A stretch of DNA of 41,081 nt from a virus (IMGVR_UViG_3300048917_000111:1-41081), one strand, 5' to 3'. Shown: positions 1 to 7,667, counted from the stretch's first letter. The notes: generated by a model not told the origin, from the letters alone. Program-made: numbers and translations.

Positions 1-127
1 CTGTCCGCCAGCCTGCCTGAACTTCTTGATGTTGTACTTCTGTGCGGCTGTAGGTTGCTCTCGTGCTGTCTTCTTCGCCTCGATGAGGAAGAAGTAGCCG
101 TGTGCACAACCAAGAACGTCGGGGGTC
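1..127. repeat. Left copy of exact 127-bp terminal direct repeat (circular-assembly overlap)
   Basis: Bases 1..127 match 40955..41081 base for base. An ORF runs uninterrupted across the implied junction. Confidence 0.95.
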
Positions 128-228
128 CCCTTCTGTTGAAAGGAACCCCCGTGAGTCCGTACTGCGTAGACTCCGTCCATGGCGTTGAGAACCTTCAGCT
201 GTCGCCGAACGATCTCAGCCTCGAGCAT
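1..228 (-). CDS. VRR-NUC / PD-(D/E)XK resolvase-like nuclease, N-terminal part. The gene wraps the window ends; the full 97-aa product is 228..1 joined to 40954..40889.
   Basis: ATG at 228..226 overlaps the TGA of the upstream gene (ATGA). Hand translation: MLEAEIVRRQLKVLNAMDGVYAVRTHGGSFQQKGTPDVLGCAHGYFFLIEAKKTAREQPTAAQKYNIKKFRQAGGQAFVSHDPKAQEVVAWIRSLSS. It shows the G-x-PD ... E-x-K nuclease signature. Each fragment is too short for the ORF track. Confidence 0.7.
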   Translation of the reverse strand, partial: MLEAEIVRRQLKVLNAMDGVYAVRTHGGSFQQKGTPDVLGCAHGYFFLIEAKKTAREQPTAAQKYNIKKFRQAGGQ

Positions 229-1079
229 CAGCGCGAGCGCTTGACCGTCCGCTTGACAGCGGGCTTGGCAGCAGGCTTGCGAGCCGGTGCGGCAGCAGGC
301 TTCTTGGCCGCGGGGCGACGGCGAGCGGGAGCAGGCTCCTCTTCCTCTTCGTCCTCCTCGTCGTCCTCGAAGTCCTCTTCCTCGTCGTCCTCGAGGTCTT
401 CCTCGCCGAGGTCATCCTCGTCGTCTTCGTCCTCGTCTTCGTCATCCTCGATGTCGAGGTTCTCGAGCTCCTCGATGAGGTCGGCCTTCTTCAGGCCAGC
501 CGTGTCGATGTCGTTCTCCTTGGCGAGCTTACGCAGCTCGGCCAGGGTCATGGAGGAGTAGTCGACCTCTTCCTCGTCTTCGTACTCCTCCTCGGCCTCG
601 TCGTCTTCGTACTCCTCGTCGACTTCCTCCTCGTCGACCTCGTCCTCGTCGTCCGAGTCGTCCGAGTCGTCCGCCGGGGCGTCGTCCAGGATGTCGAGTC
701 CGTAGACCCCGTTGATGCTCGAGCGGCCCTCGTACTGGCCGGTCTCGTCGATGACCTCACCGGCAATGACCTTGCCGACGATCTTGGTCGGGTCGAGGGT
801 CACAGCGCGCTTCGGCACGGCCACACCAGCGGCCACGAACAGGTCGCGGACCTTCCAGTACTGGTTCGCCTGGAGCTTGCAGTAGAACGGGAACCGACGC
901 GTCTTGTACTTCGGTGCCTCGGGCACGAGGAAGAACACCCACATGTCCGTCCCATCGCTCGCCTCCCGGTCCTCGACTCCGGCGATCTTGAAGGCGTGGA
1001 GGCCTTCCGGCATGTGGCTCGTGTTGATGCCCGAGCGCTCTTCGACCTTCGAGAAGTCGAGCTTCATCTTCTTGACCAT
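228..1079 (-). CDS. DUF669-like phage ssDNA-binding protein fused to a SAP/HeH motif, two long poly-acidic tracts and a basic Ala/Lys/Pro tail
   Basis: N-terminus KLDFSKVEE...MPEGLHAFKIAGVE resembles the DUF669 family and sits next to a Sak4-like ATPase. SAP-like MTLAELRKLAKENDIDTAGLKKADLIEEL. About 110 D/E residues. Tail is KKPAAAPARKPAAKPAVKR. Confidence 0.6.
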   Translation of the reverse strand: MVKKMKLDFSKVEERSGINTSHMPEGLHAFKIAGVEDREASDGTDMWVFFLVPEAPKYKTRRFPFYCKLQANQYWKVRDLFVAAGVAVPKRAVTLDPTKIVGKVIAGEVIDETGQYEGRSSINGVYGLDILDDAPADDSDDSDDEDEVDEEEVDEEYEDDEAEEEYEDEEEVDYSSMTLAELRKLAKENDIDTAGLKKADLIEELENLDIEDDEDEDEDDEDDLGEEDLEDDEEEDFEDDEEDEEEEEPAPARRRPAAKKPAAAPARKPAAKPAVKRTVKRSR

Positions 1080-1111
1080 TGTGGTCTCCTTCGTTCCTTG
1101 GGTTTTCTCGA

Positions 1112-1777
1112 CTAGCGGGTCCAGCCGAGAAGCTGGTTCAGACGACCGATGCTCGGCGTCTTGAGATAGGGGGGATTGCCCTGGTACGTCTTCGACCGGG
1201 CACCGGCAACGATGCTGCTGCTGGGTCCGAGCCAGAGGCGGCGGACAGGCTTGTCGTTGACGTGGGCGATGTACAGGCGTCCGATGACGTCAGACATCTG
1301 CAGGAGAGCGCTGGCAGCACCAGGCGAGAGGTCCACCGTGGTCATGACGCCGGTGTCCTCGTCGTCGTCCTCGGACTGCCAGTCCTCGTTCGGCAGGATG
1401 AGCTTCTCCTGGCAGAGCACGATGACCTCCTTCTTGGAGTCACGCAGCGTCCTGATGAGTGTGGCGAAAGCATTGTTCGCAGTGCCGTAGTGAGCCTGGC
1501 TGGCAGGGCCACCCTTCGAGGCCACACCAAGCATGGACGCGTGGAGAGCCGTGCCAGTGTCGACCACGATACGGTCATGCTTCTTGAGCCACGTACCGTT
1601 CATGAGCAGGTTGAGGTTCTTCGCCGACATGTCCTCCTCGACGGAGAACCCTGTCGTGTCGATGCCGATGAGGCCCTGGTCGGCCGACAGGATGCCGGTC
1701 TTGCCCTTCCGGGCGTCCTTCAGCGCCAGCGTGGTCTTGCCAACCTTCGGCCTGGCGTAGATGGTGTAGATGCTCAC
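1112..1777 (-). CDS. Sak4-like / AAA_24 RecA-fold ATPase (recombination, ssDNA annealing)
   Basis: N-terminal Walker A YARPKVGKTT. About 220 aa. GTG start overlaps the upstream stop (GTGA). Synteny with the DUF669-like gene. Confidence 0.7.
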   Translation of the reverse strand: MSIYTIYARPKVGKTTLALKDARKGKTGILSADQGLIGIDTTGFSVEEDMSAKNLNLLMNGTWLKKHDRIVVDTGTALHASMLGVASKGGPASQAHYGTANNAFATLIRTLRDSKKEVIVLCQEKLILPNEDWQSEDDDEDTGVMTTVDLSPGAASALLQMSDVIGRLYIAHVNDKPVRRLWLGPSSSIVAGARSKTYQGNPPYLKTPSIGRLNQLLGWTR

Positions 1778-3027
1778 TTGTCCTCCTTCTGGTTCGGGTA
1801 GTAGTCGAGCGGGTCGCCCGAGATAACGTACCGGGTCCGCTGCTCGATCTCACTCGAGCCATGCATCAGGTCGGTGACCGTCAGGTCCTTGTAGTTGCAC
1901 ATGAAGCCGGAGCACGCATGCAGGTTACGCTCGACGCAGTCGGGGTCGTCCCACTTGTATGTTAGCAGGCGGCGAGCCGAAGTTACAAACGACTTCCGCT
2001 GACGCTCAGCCTGCTCCGGCGTGAAGGTCATCTTGTCGCGGCGGAACAGGTCGTCGTACTCGCGGTTCTTCAGCTCCACGATGAACGACTCAATGTAGGC
2101 ACGCTCCTTGGCATCCTCGACCGCCAGCAGGTCCTTGCCGTTGATGACGGTCATGAACCCCTGGTCGATGAGCCACTCACGGTACACAGGGTACGTCGTG
2201 CCAGACGGCTTCAGGACGCGGCTCTGGATGCCCTTCTGGGTCAGCGTGGGCGTCTTGATGGAGCCGGTCTTGCAGTAGTCGTAGATGAAGCCCTTCGGCT
2301 TCGGCAGCGGGCGTCCACGGTATCGCAGCGCCTTGTATGCCGGTGATGTGGCCACTGCCCAGAGGTACGAGTAGTGCTGGAAGGCCAGCTCACGGTAACG
2401 CCACTCCGGCAGGGTTGCGTGAGTCTTGTGGTCACCGAGCCAGACGTCACCGTTCTTGTCGATCCAGATGATGTCGATGCGGCCTCGGTACAGGACCTTC
2501 CCGCCGAACATGGGACGCTCGACGGTGAGCTCCACTGCCAGCGGAGTCAGCCGCTCCTTGCGCTTGACCTCGTAGTACCACTCGTAGCTCAGGACGATGT
2601 GGTAGCACTCACGAGCCAAGACCTCGACCTCTTCCTCGAACTGAGTCAGGCGTGCCTTCTCCAGAAGCTCCTGGTGCTTCGCACGCCAGTCTCCTCCCTT
2701 GCCTCGCTCCTCGAGCAGGGCATGGACCCAGGTCCCACGTGTGAGAGGCTTCTTCTCGAGACGCGGCCGGAGGCCCAGGACGATGCCGTAGTACGTCTCC
2801 CGAGGACACTCGACGAACCCGCTAACCATTGACTGCGTGATGACCAGAGTGCCATCCTTCGTCGTGGGCCAGTAGCCCTTCCCAGGAGCCGGAGGGTTGC
2901 GCTTCTTGCCGGTCGACGGTAGGCGCTTGGCACCCTTAGAATTCTGCAAGTGGCTCCCCTCCCCAGCAGCGGCTGATCGTGACGTCCGCCTTGAGGAAGA
3001 ACTTGCGCGAGAGTTGGTCATCAGCAT
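1774..3027 (-). CDS. Cas4/RecB-like PD-(D/E)XK exonuclease with Cys cluster
   Basis: FVECPRETYY N-terminal Cys. Core GRIDIIWIDKNGDVWLGDHKT. C-terminal CVERNLHACSGFMC. The start is uncertain: ATG 3027 or 3021 overlaps the polymerase 3' end by about 90 nt, and AAGGAGA lies upstream. Confidence 0.75.
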   Translation of the reverse strand: MLMTNSRASSSSRRTSRSAAAGEGSHLQNSKGAKRLPSTGKKRNPPAPGKGYWPTTKDGTLVITQSMVSGFVECPRETYYGIVLGLRPRLEKKPLTRGTWVHALLEERGKGGDWRAKHQELLEKARLTQFEEEVEVLARECYHIVLSYEWYYEVKRKERLTPLAVELTVERPMFGGKVLYRGRIDIIWIDKNGDVWLGDHKTHATLPEWRYRELAFQHYSYLWAVATSPAYKALRYRGRPLPKPKGFIYDYCKTGSIKTPTLTQKGIQSRVLKPSGTTYPVYREWLIDQGFMTVINGKDLLAVEDAKERAYIESFIVELKNREYDDLFRRDKMTFTPEQAERQRKSFVTSARRLLTYKWDDPDCVERNLHACSGFMCNYKDLTVTDLMHGSSEIEQRTRYVISGDPLDYYPNQKEDK

Positions 3028-4837
3028 TCTCCATTGTCTCCTTGACGATTCGGCCGACTCGACGTGCTGTCTTGTATGGGGCAGTCAGACAGACGGAGTC
3101 GTGAACCGTGGTAATTAGTTTAGCGCCCAGGGTAGGGAGGCGCAAGTCCCTACCCAGCCTACCCAGGCTGATCAGCATGAAGTCAGAACCTAGACTCTGC
3201 ACAGGGCTGTTGATGGCCTGACGGAACGCGTTCTCGGCGATCCAGAAGTCCTGATGGTACACCTTCGGCAGATGACGGAACCGGCCGAACTCGTTATGCA
3301 CACCACCGAACTCGAGCGCCTCAGCGCGCTGCTTGCGATACCAGCCTGGCAGGGCACTGAAGGTCGTGAAGTACTCGTCACGGAAGACCTCAGCCTCCTT
3401 GCGAGTGATCTGTACACCGTAGTTCTCGAACAGGTAGTCAGCGAAGTGCTTCGCCATCATGCCGTAGAGGAAGCCAAAGTTCGCACCCTTCGCGAGACTG
3501 CGGTGCTCCTTGGTGATCTCGACTGCTTCACGTACCAGGCGCTTCGCCATGTACATATGGATGTCTTCGTCAGCCTCGAACAGAGTCAGCATGGTCTTCT
3601 CGTTGGCCAGCCGTGCTGCGATACGCAGCTCCAGCTGAGAGAAGTCCACTTCGATCCAGGCGAGGCCGCGCTCCCCGAAGAGGTTACGTGTGGCCTTGTC
3701 TCGAGGGATCTGCTGCGAGTTGAGTCCGAGGTCGTTGTACGGGTCTAGAAGATCCGCCTTGGTCTTCGCCTTCCCGGGAGACGCGCTACTCAGTCGACCA
3801 GTGACCGTGCCTGTCAGCTTGAAGCTGGTGCCGATCCTGCCGTCCTTGGTGCGCTCCTGGATCGGGTTCAGGAACCCGGTGAGCTGCTTGTATAGAGTGC
3901 CACGTTCGGTGAGCAGGCGAGCCGCTGGGTGATCGATCTTGGCGAGGTTCTCTGCTGCGAGGCTCGGGTTGCCCTCAGGCCACGTCTTGGTCGGCTTGCC
4001 TCGAGCGGGGCAGAGCGCTCCTTGGTACTCGAAGAGCCACCACTTGGTCCAATTGGTATTGCCCCAATTGACCTTCGTCTTCTGGAGCCAGTCAGGCCAG
4101 CGCTCCTTGTCGGGCACCGACCGGTCAAGCTGCTGCTCGATGTCAGCGATCTTCTGCTCGACCTCGGCCTGAACCACGGCCACACGCTTCAGGCGTACCG
4201 GCATCCGGTTGGCTTCCATCTGCTGGAGCGGTTCGATAGCCGGGATCATGACCTCACGCATGATACGCACCGGGTCTTCGCCAGGCTTGAGGTTCTTCGC
4301 GACGTGCTTCCGCTGCCACTTGACCAGCTCGCGGGTCCGGTGCACATCCTTACCGTTGTAGATGCTGACGCGCTTCTTCGACGCGGCGAACACCTTCCGG
4401 TCGATGGACATGTCATCCTCGAACCGACCGAACTCGTCGGCATAGCCTGCCACGTTGTCATCAGCCCAGTCCTCGTAGCCCAGCAGGCGGACGACAGTGT
4501 CCTTGAGGCCTGAGGGCTGGTTCTCGTTGATGAGGTGAGCCATGAACATGCTGTCCCACCAGACGTTCAGCTTGACACCGTAGGCGCACAGCCAGCGTCG
4601 CTCGAACGGCGAGTTGTGGGCGATGAGGTTACGCAGTCGTAGTCCTCGCAGCTCCTCGAGATCCCGAGGCCACCAGACCATTACGTCGTCCCGGTCCATG
4701 TGGCCGAACCCCACACACAGGATGCGTCCCTTGCCGACGAACAGAGACGTGGTCTCGATGTCCACTACGACAGGTGCCTTCGACTGTGCGAGGAAGCGCT
4801 TGACCTCGGAGAGGCGGTCGCTGATGAGTAGCTGCAT
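2936..4837 (-). CDS. Family A DNA polymerase (Pol I-like) with 3'-5' exonuclease domain
   Basis: Exo I VVVDIETTSL. Motif A LELRIAARLANE. Motif B SLAKGANFGFLYGM. Motif C TTVHDS. 633 aa. Confidence 0.92.
   Translation of the reverse strand: MQLLISDRLSEVKRFLAQSKAPVVVDIETTSLFVGKGRILCVGFGHMDRDDVMVWWPRDLEELRGLRLRNLIAHNSPFERRWLCAYGVKLNVWWDSMFMAHLINENQPSGLKDTVVRLLGYEDWADDNVAGYADEFGRFEDDMSIDRKVFAASKKRVSIYNGKDVHRTRELVKWQRKHVAKNLKPGEDPVRIMREVMIPAIEPLQQMEANRMPVRLKRVAVVQAEVEQKIADIEQQLDRSVPDKERWPDWLQKTKVNWGNTNWTKWWLFEYQGALCPARGKPTKTWPEGNPSLAAENLAKIDHPAARLLTERGTLYKQLTGFLNPIQERTKDGRIGTSFKLTGTVTGRLSSASPGKAKTKADLLDPYNDLGLNSQQIPRDKATRNLFGERGLAWIEVDFSQLELRIAARLANEKTMLTLFEADEDIHMYMAKRLVREAVEITKEHRSLAKGANFGFLYGMMAKHFADYLFENYGVQITRKEAEVFRDEYFTTFSALPGWYRKQRAEALEFGGVHNEFGRFRHLPKVYHQDFWIAENAFRQAINSPVQSLGSDFMLISLGRLGRDLRLPTLGAKLITTVHDSVCLTAPYKTARRVGRIVKETMENADDQLSRKFFLKADVTISRCWGGEPLAEF
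3117..3145 (-). promoter_or_regulatory. Promoter P-int inside the polymerase CDS: TTGCGC-N17-TAAACT
   Basis: Reverse complement reads TTGCGC ctccctaccctgggcgc TAAACT, the same architecture as the other family members. It lies about 90 nt upstream of the exonuclease start. Confidence 0.55.
3130..3170 (-). other. Two adjacent hairpins inside the polymerase CDS; the first carries the P-int -35 element in its loop
   Basis: GGGTAGGGA (3130-3138) pairs with TCCCTACCC (3147-3155), 9 bp. CAGCCT (3155-3160) pairs with AGGCTG (3165-3170), 6 bp. Confidence 0.6.
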
Positions 4838-5045
4838 TGGTGGCTCCTAGATGAAAGGAGCTCGTTCCACAGAGAGCTAGACTGTCCGGCCGTATCCATC
4901 CGCTTAGGGACCAGCTTAGCTGAGCCACTACTCCTCAGCACCGGAAGATGTTCAGTTATGTACTCCGCCAGAGGCCTCCGTCGTGAGGCTCGCCGTCCAA
5001 GCTGGTGGTGGAGCAGTCCCCGGTAATTGTGAGGGGACGAGGGTC

Positions 5046-5065
5046 GGGAGGCTTTTCAGCCTCCC
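5046..5065 (-). terminator. Stem-loop terminator candidate downstream of the tRNA-like element
   Basis: GGGAGGC-ttttca-GCCTCCC, 7-bp GC-rich stem. No U-tract (I-shaped, common in Actinobacteria). Confidence 0.5.
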
Positions 5066-5068
5066 TCG

Positions 5069-5159
5069 TGGGTGGACAGGATTCGAACCTGTGTCTCGTA
5101 GATGCCCCAGGAGCACAACCTAAACATCTACGCGCTCGACCAACTGAGCTACTCACCCC
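5069..5159 (-). tRNA. Non-canonical tRNA-like element (tRNA-His-like anticodon loop on an elongated anticodon arm)
   Basis: Reverse complement: G-GGGTGAG-TA-GCTC-AGTTGGTC-GAGC-G-[CGTAGATG-TT-TAGG-TTGTGCT-CCTG-GGG-CATCTACG]-AGAC-ACAGG-TTCGAAT-CCTGT-CCACCC-A. D-arm and T-arm are canonical. The anticodon arm is 36 nt instead of 17. The acceptor stem has one mismatch and is one nt short. Confidence 0.5.
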
Positions 5160-5209
5160 ATGGAGAGGACCTGTCAGCTAGGGGGAAGTGCTGACAGGTC
5201 CCCTGGTGG

Positions 5210-5623
5210 TCACGCCGAGCGAGTCGGGCGGCGACGAGCGGTCGCGGGCTTCGCGGCCGGTGCCTTCGCCGGAGCCTTCTTCGCCGGAGCGGCCTTGGCT
5301 GCCGGAGCCTTCTTCGGGGCAGGCTTCGCGGCCTCCTCCTTGACCGGCTTCTCGATCTCCCAGCCGGAGGGGAGCTCGTCGACGTTCGCGATGGCGCGGT
5401 CGACGAGTCCGTCGAAGTCGCCCGCCTCGATGGCCTCGACGAACGCCTGGAAGGCGATCGCACGCATGGCCTTGTAACGGCTCTTCTGGATGTCGATGCC
5501 GGTCGCCTCGAGGACTCGGTCGATGCCCTCGCCGACGATCTGCTTGTTCGTGGGCTCGACGGTCTCTTCGACGGTCTCGTCGATGGTCTCGTCGAGGACG
5601 GCTGCCTTGGTGGAACGTGCCAT
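5210..5623 (-). CDS. Hypothetical protein with histone H1/HupB-like Ala/Lys/Pro-rich basic C-terminal tail (putative DNA-binding)
   Basis: RBS AAGGAGA plus ATG. Tail is KPAPKKAPAAKAAPAKKAPAKAPAAKPATARRRP. It has its own promoter upstream. Confidence 0.7.
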   Translation of the reverse strand: MARSTKAAVLDETIDETVEETVEPTNKQIVGEGIDRVLEATGIDIQKSRYKAMRAIAFQAFVEAIEAGDFDGLVDRAIANVDELPSGWEIEKPVKEEAAKPAPKKAPAAKAAPAKKAPAKAPAAKPATARRRPTRSA

Positions 5624-5677
5624 GATAATTCTCCTTGATGGCTGTGGGTTGCGGCTGCTGCCGCGCTGATAAGTACT

Positions 5678-5706
5678 ACTATGCCTGACGTGTGCCGTAT
5701 CCGCAA
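5678..5706 (-). promoter_or_regulatory. Promoter: TTGCGG-N17-CATAGT
   Basis: Reverse complement reads TTGCGG atacggcacacgtcagg CATAGT, about 50 nt upstream of ATG 5623. Confidence 0.55.
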
Positions 5707-5743
5707 GTCCAAACCAGAAAATTTCCTGGGTAGATCATTTGCC

Positions 5744-7111
5744 CTAGCGCCTGTAGCTCTCGATCCTGCGCACGACCTTCCTCAAATGAGCGTGGTCCTC
5801 CTGCAGGGTCTCCCACACGTCCTCGTCTACGGTGCCCCTGCCACACAGGAACCACACTGTCGGGGACGCCGGAGACAGCTTGATGCGGTCGCTGGCCTGC
5901 TTGAATGTGACGTAGTTGAAGTCGCTGGTGTACCAGATGAGGTCGTTGGCCACCGAGATGTCCACGGCCATCGCCACTGTCCTCGGCTGGACCAGCAGCA
6001 CACGCACATCCCGGTCGCCCTGGAACGCCTCGATGACGTGGTCCTTATTGCGTGTGGCCCCAGTGATGACGAGATGCCCGTATCCCTTGCGCTTGAGGTA
6101 GCGGCCGACAAGCTTAACCTCCCAGAGATGGGTGCACGCCACGATGATCTTGCCGTCGCAGCGCCGGAGCACGTTGCCCAGAGCACCCAGCCGTGCACGC
6201 GCGGCCTCCGGTACGGTGAACGAGCGACCCTCGTCGTCCTTGACCCAGCCTGCCACGAGCATCCGCATACGCAGGAGCCTGGTCAGCGGGTTCAGGCCAA
6301 TGACATCGGCTCCATCGATCTCGATGACACCCTTCTTCAGGAGATCCTTGTGCCACTGCATGACCTGAGCTGGCACCGGGTAGGTGATCTTGCGGATGGG
6401 CACCGGGTCGCCAGGGCCAACCATCGTGATGACATCCTTCTGGATGTAGGCGTTCAGCTCGGCCTGGTGGATGGGCTTGATCAGCTCGGGGAAGCCCTTG
6501 ACCGTGGTCCACTCGCCGAAGTGCTCCCGGAAGTCTCGAGCCGAAGGCCAGTGCTGCCGGATGCCGGGGTTCGCGAACGTCCACTGGCCGTACACAGCAT
6601 CGATCTGGTCGGGGTTCGTGACAGGCGTCCCGGTCATGAGGAGCCGGTAGTGCCACTTCGCAGCCAGCGGACGAATGTTCCGGCCCTGGACACTGCTCGG
6701 TGTCTTGATGATGTGGCTCTCGTCCAGAAGCATCATGCCCATGCCTCCGGCATGCTTGGACATCTTGTCCAGGAACGGCTTCAGCCTCTTCCAGGGCGAC
6801 TTGCCGAACTGATCGTAGTTCACGAACAGAAGTGCAGTGCCATGGAAGAGGCTGGTGGTGGGATACTCGTTGCCTGCTGTGAGGGGGAAGAACCGGTAGG
6901 TGATGCCGAGCCACTTAGCAGCTTCGGTCCTCCAAGTGGCTTCAGCGATCTTGGGACCGACCACGACAGCCACTTTCGGCTTGACGTGCTCAATCCACTT
7001 CAGGGCGACCGCTGTCTTGCCTGAGCGGGGTTCCGCCCAGAGCGCTGCGTAGTGCCTGCCTGGCTCTGTCAGGATCCGTAAGGCGACTAGCTGGGAGTCC
7101 CTGAGCTTCAT
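5744..7111 (-). CDS. SNF2-family helicase/ATPase
   Basis: Walker A EPRSGKTAVAL. DExH MLLDESHIIK. Motif III LLMTGTPVTN. C-terminal helicase domain present. I chose the start at ATG 7111 (MKLRDSQ) because it overlaps the upstream TGA (ATGA). Confidence 0.88.
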   Translation of the reverse strand: MKLRDSQLVALRILTEPGRHYAALWAEPRSGKTAVALKWIEHVKPKVAVVVGPKIAEATWRTEAAKWLGITYRFFPLTAGNEYPTTSLFHGTALLFVNYDQFGKSPWKRLKPFLDKMSKHAGGMGMMLLDESHIIKTPSSVQGRNIRPLAAKWHYRLLMTGTPVTNPDQIDAVYGQWTFANPGIRQHWPSARDFREHFGEWTTVKGFPELIKPIHQAELNAYIQKDVITMVGPGDPVPIRKITYPVPAQVMQWHKDLLKKGVIEIDGADVIGLNPLTRLLRMRMLVAGWVKDDEGRSFTVPEAARARLGALGNVLRRCDGKIIVACTHLWEVKLVGRYLKRKGYGHLVITGATRNKDHVIEAFQGDRDVRVLLVQPRTVAMAVDISVANDLIWYTSDFNYVTFKQASDRIKLSPASPTVWFLCGRGTVDEDVWETLQEDHAHLRKVVRRIESYRR

Positions 7112-7368
7112 GCGAAGAGCGCGTTCAGGGCACTGGTGAAGCGCGAGAGCGCTCCTGCAGCGCGCTGGATGGCGTCCCACATGGGATTCATGACCGTGAC
7201 AGGAGCGGTCACTGCCTGGTGGCGCTCCTCGTCGCGAGCCTGCTGCCGTGCTGCGTAGTGCTCCTCCAGGGAGACACCGGCCAGGCTGGCCAACGCGCGG
7301 TGATAGCTCAGCTCGATGCCAATGTTGAGACGGTCCTCCATGAGCTGGAGTTCGCGGTCGATGTCCAT
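7108..7368 (-). CDS. Hypothetical protein (86 aa)
   Basis: ORF with coding-like composition, tightly packed and start/stop coupled to its neighbours. Confidence 0.6.
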   Translation of the reverse strand: MDIDRELQLMEDRLNIGIELSYHRALASLAGVSLEEHYAARQQARDEERHQAVTAPVTVMNPMWDAIQRAAGALSRFTSALNALFA

Positions 7369-7667
7369 TAGATGTCCTCCTTGAGTGTGGCCACGGTACG
7401 GAAGTAGGCCATGTTCTTGATGAAGTCGTGGTGCTGCTGAATCTCGAAGTCCCAGTGGAAGCCTTCGGGAGGGTCGGGGAGCAGACGCATGAGGCGCTCC
7501 TGCTCGGCGTTCAGGTGCTCGACCAGAAGCTTTACATGGGCACTCGGTCCGATGTCTGCCAGGTCCTGCTCACTGATCTCTAGCTGGTGGCCCTTCAGTC
7601 TCGGAGTGTATCCTTCAAGACCAAGCTTGTTCACTGGGATTTCCCACCAGCGTCGCTCCCCGACCAT
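7368..7667 (-). CDS. Hypothetical protein (99 aa)
   Basis: ORF packed between neighbouring genes on the same strand. Confidence 0.6.
   Translation of the reverse strand: MVGERRWWEIPVNKLGLEGYTPRLKGHQLEISEQDLADIGPSAHVKLLVEHLNAEQERLMRLLPDPPEGFHWDFEIQQHHDFIKNMAYFRTVATLKEDI

Noticed and set aside
1-127. The terminal 127-bp repeat as a genuine direct terminal repeat, LTR or transposon end.
   Set aside because: The repeat lies entirely within a coding frame that becomes a complete, translationally coupled gene only after circular joining. Its length equals a common maximal assembler k-mer. There are no inverted repeats and no transposase.
55-561. Ser-rich 168-aa plus-strand ORF and the other ORFs over 215..766.
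   Set aside because: They are antisense or out-of-frame readings of the GAN-repeat acidic tract of the SSB-like gene, so they are a pure low-complexity artefact.
4843-4861. 5-bp hairpin GCTCC/GGAGC that could sequester the polymerase Shine-Dalgarno.
   Set aside because: The stem is only 5 bp with a 9-nt loop, which is easily explained by chance, and I saw no supporting conservation.
4956-5156. 66-aa minus-strand ORF overlapping the tRNA-like element and hairpin.
   Set aside because: It overlaps a structured RNA element and has no RBS. Its composition is Arg/Pro/Gly-rich and non-coding-like.
5069-5159. The tRNA-like element as an attP core or integration site of a temperate phage.
   Set aside because: No integrase, excisionase or repressor gene is recognisable anywhere in the genome. 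The element contains both 5' and 3' tRNA halves rather than only a 3' fragment.
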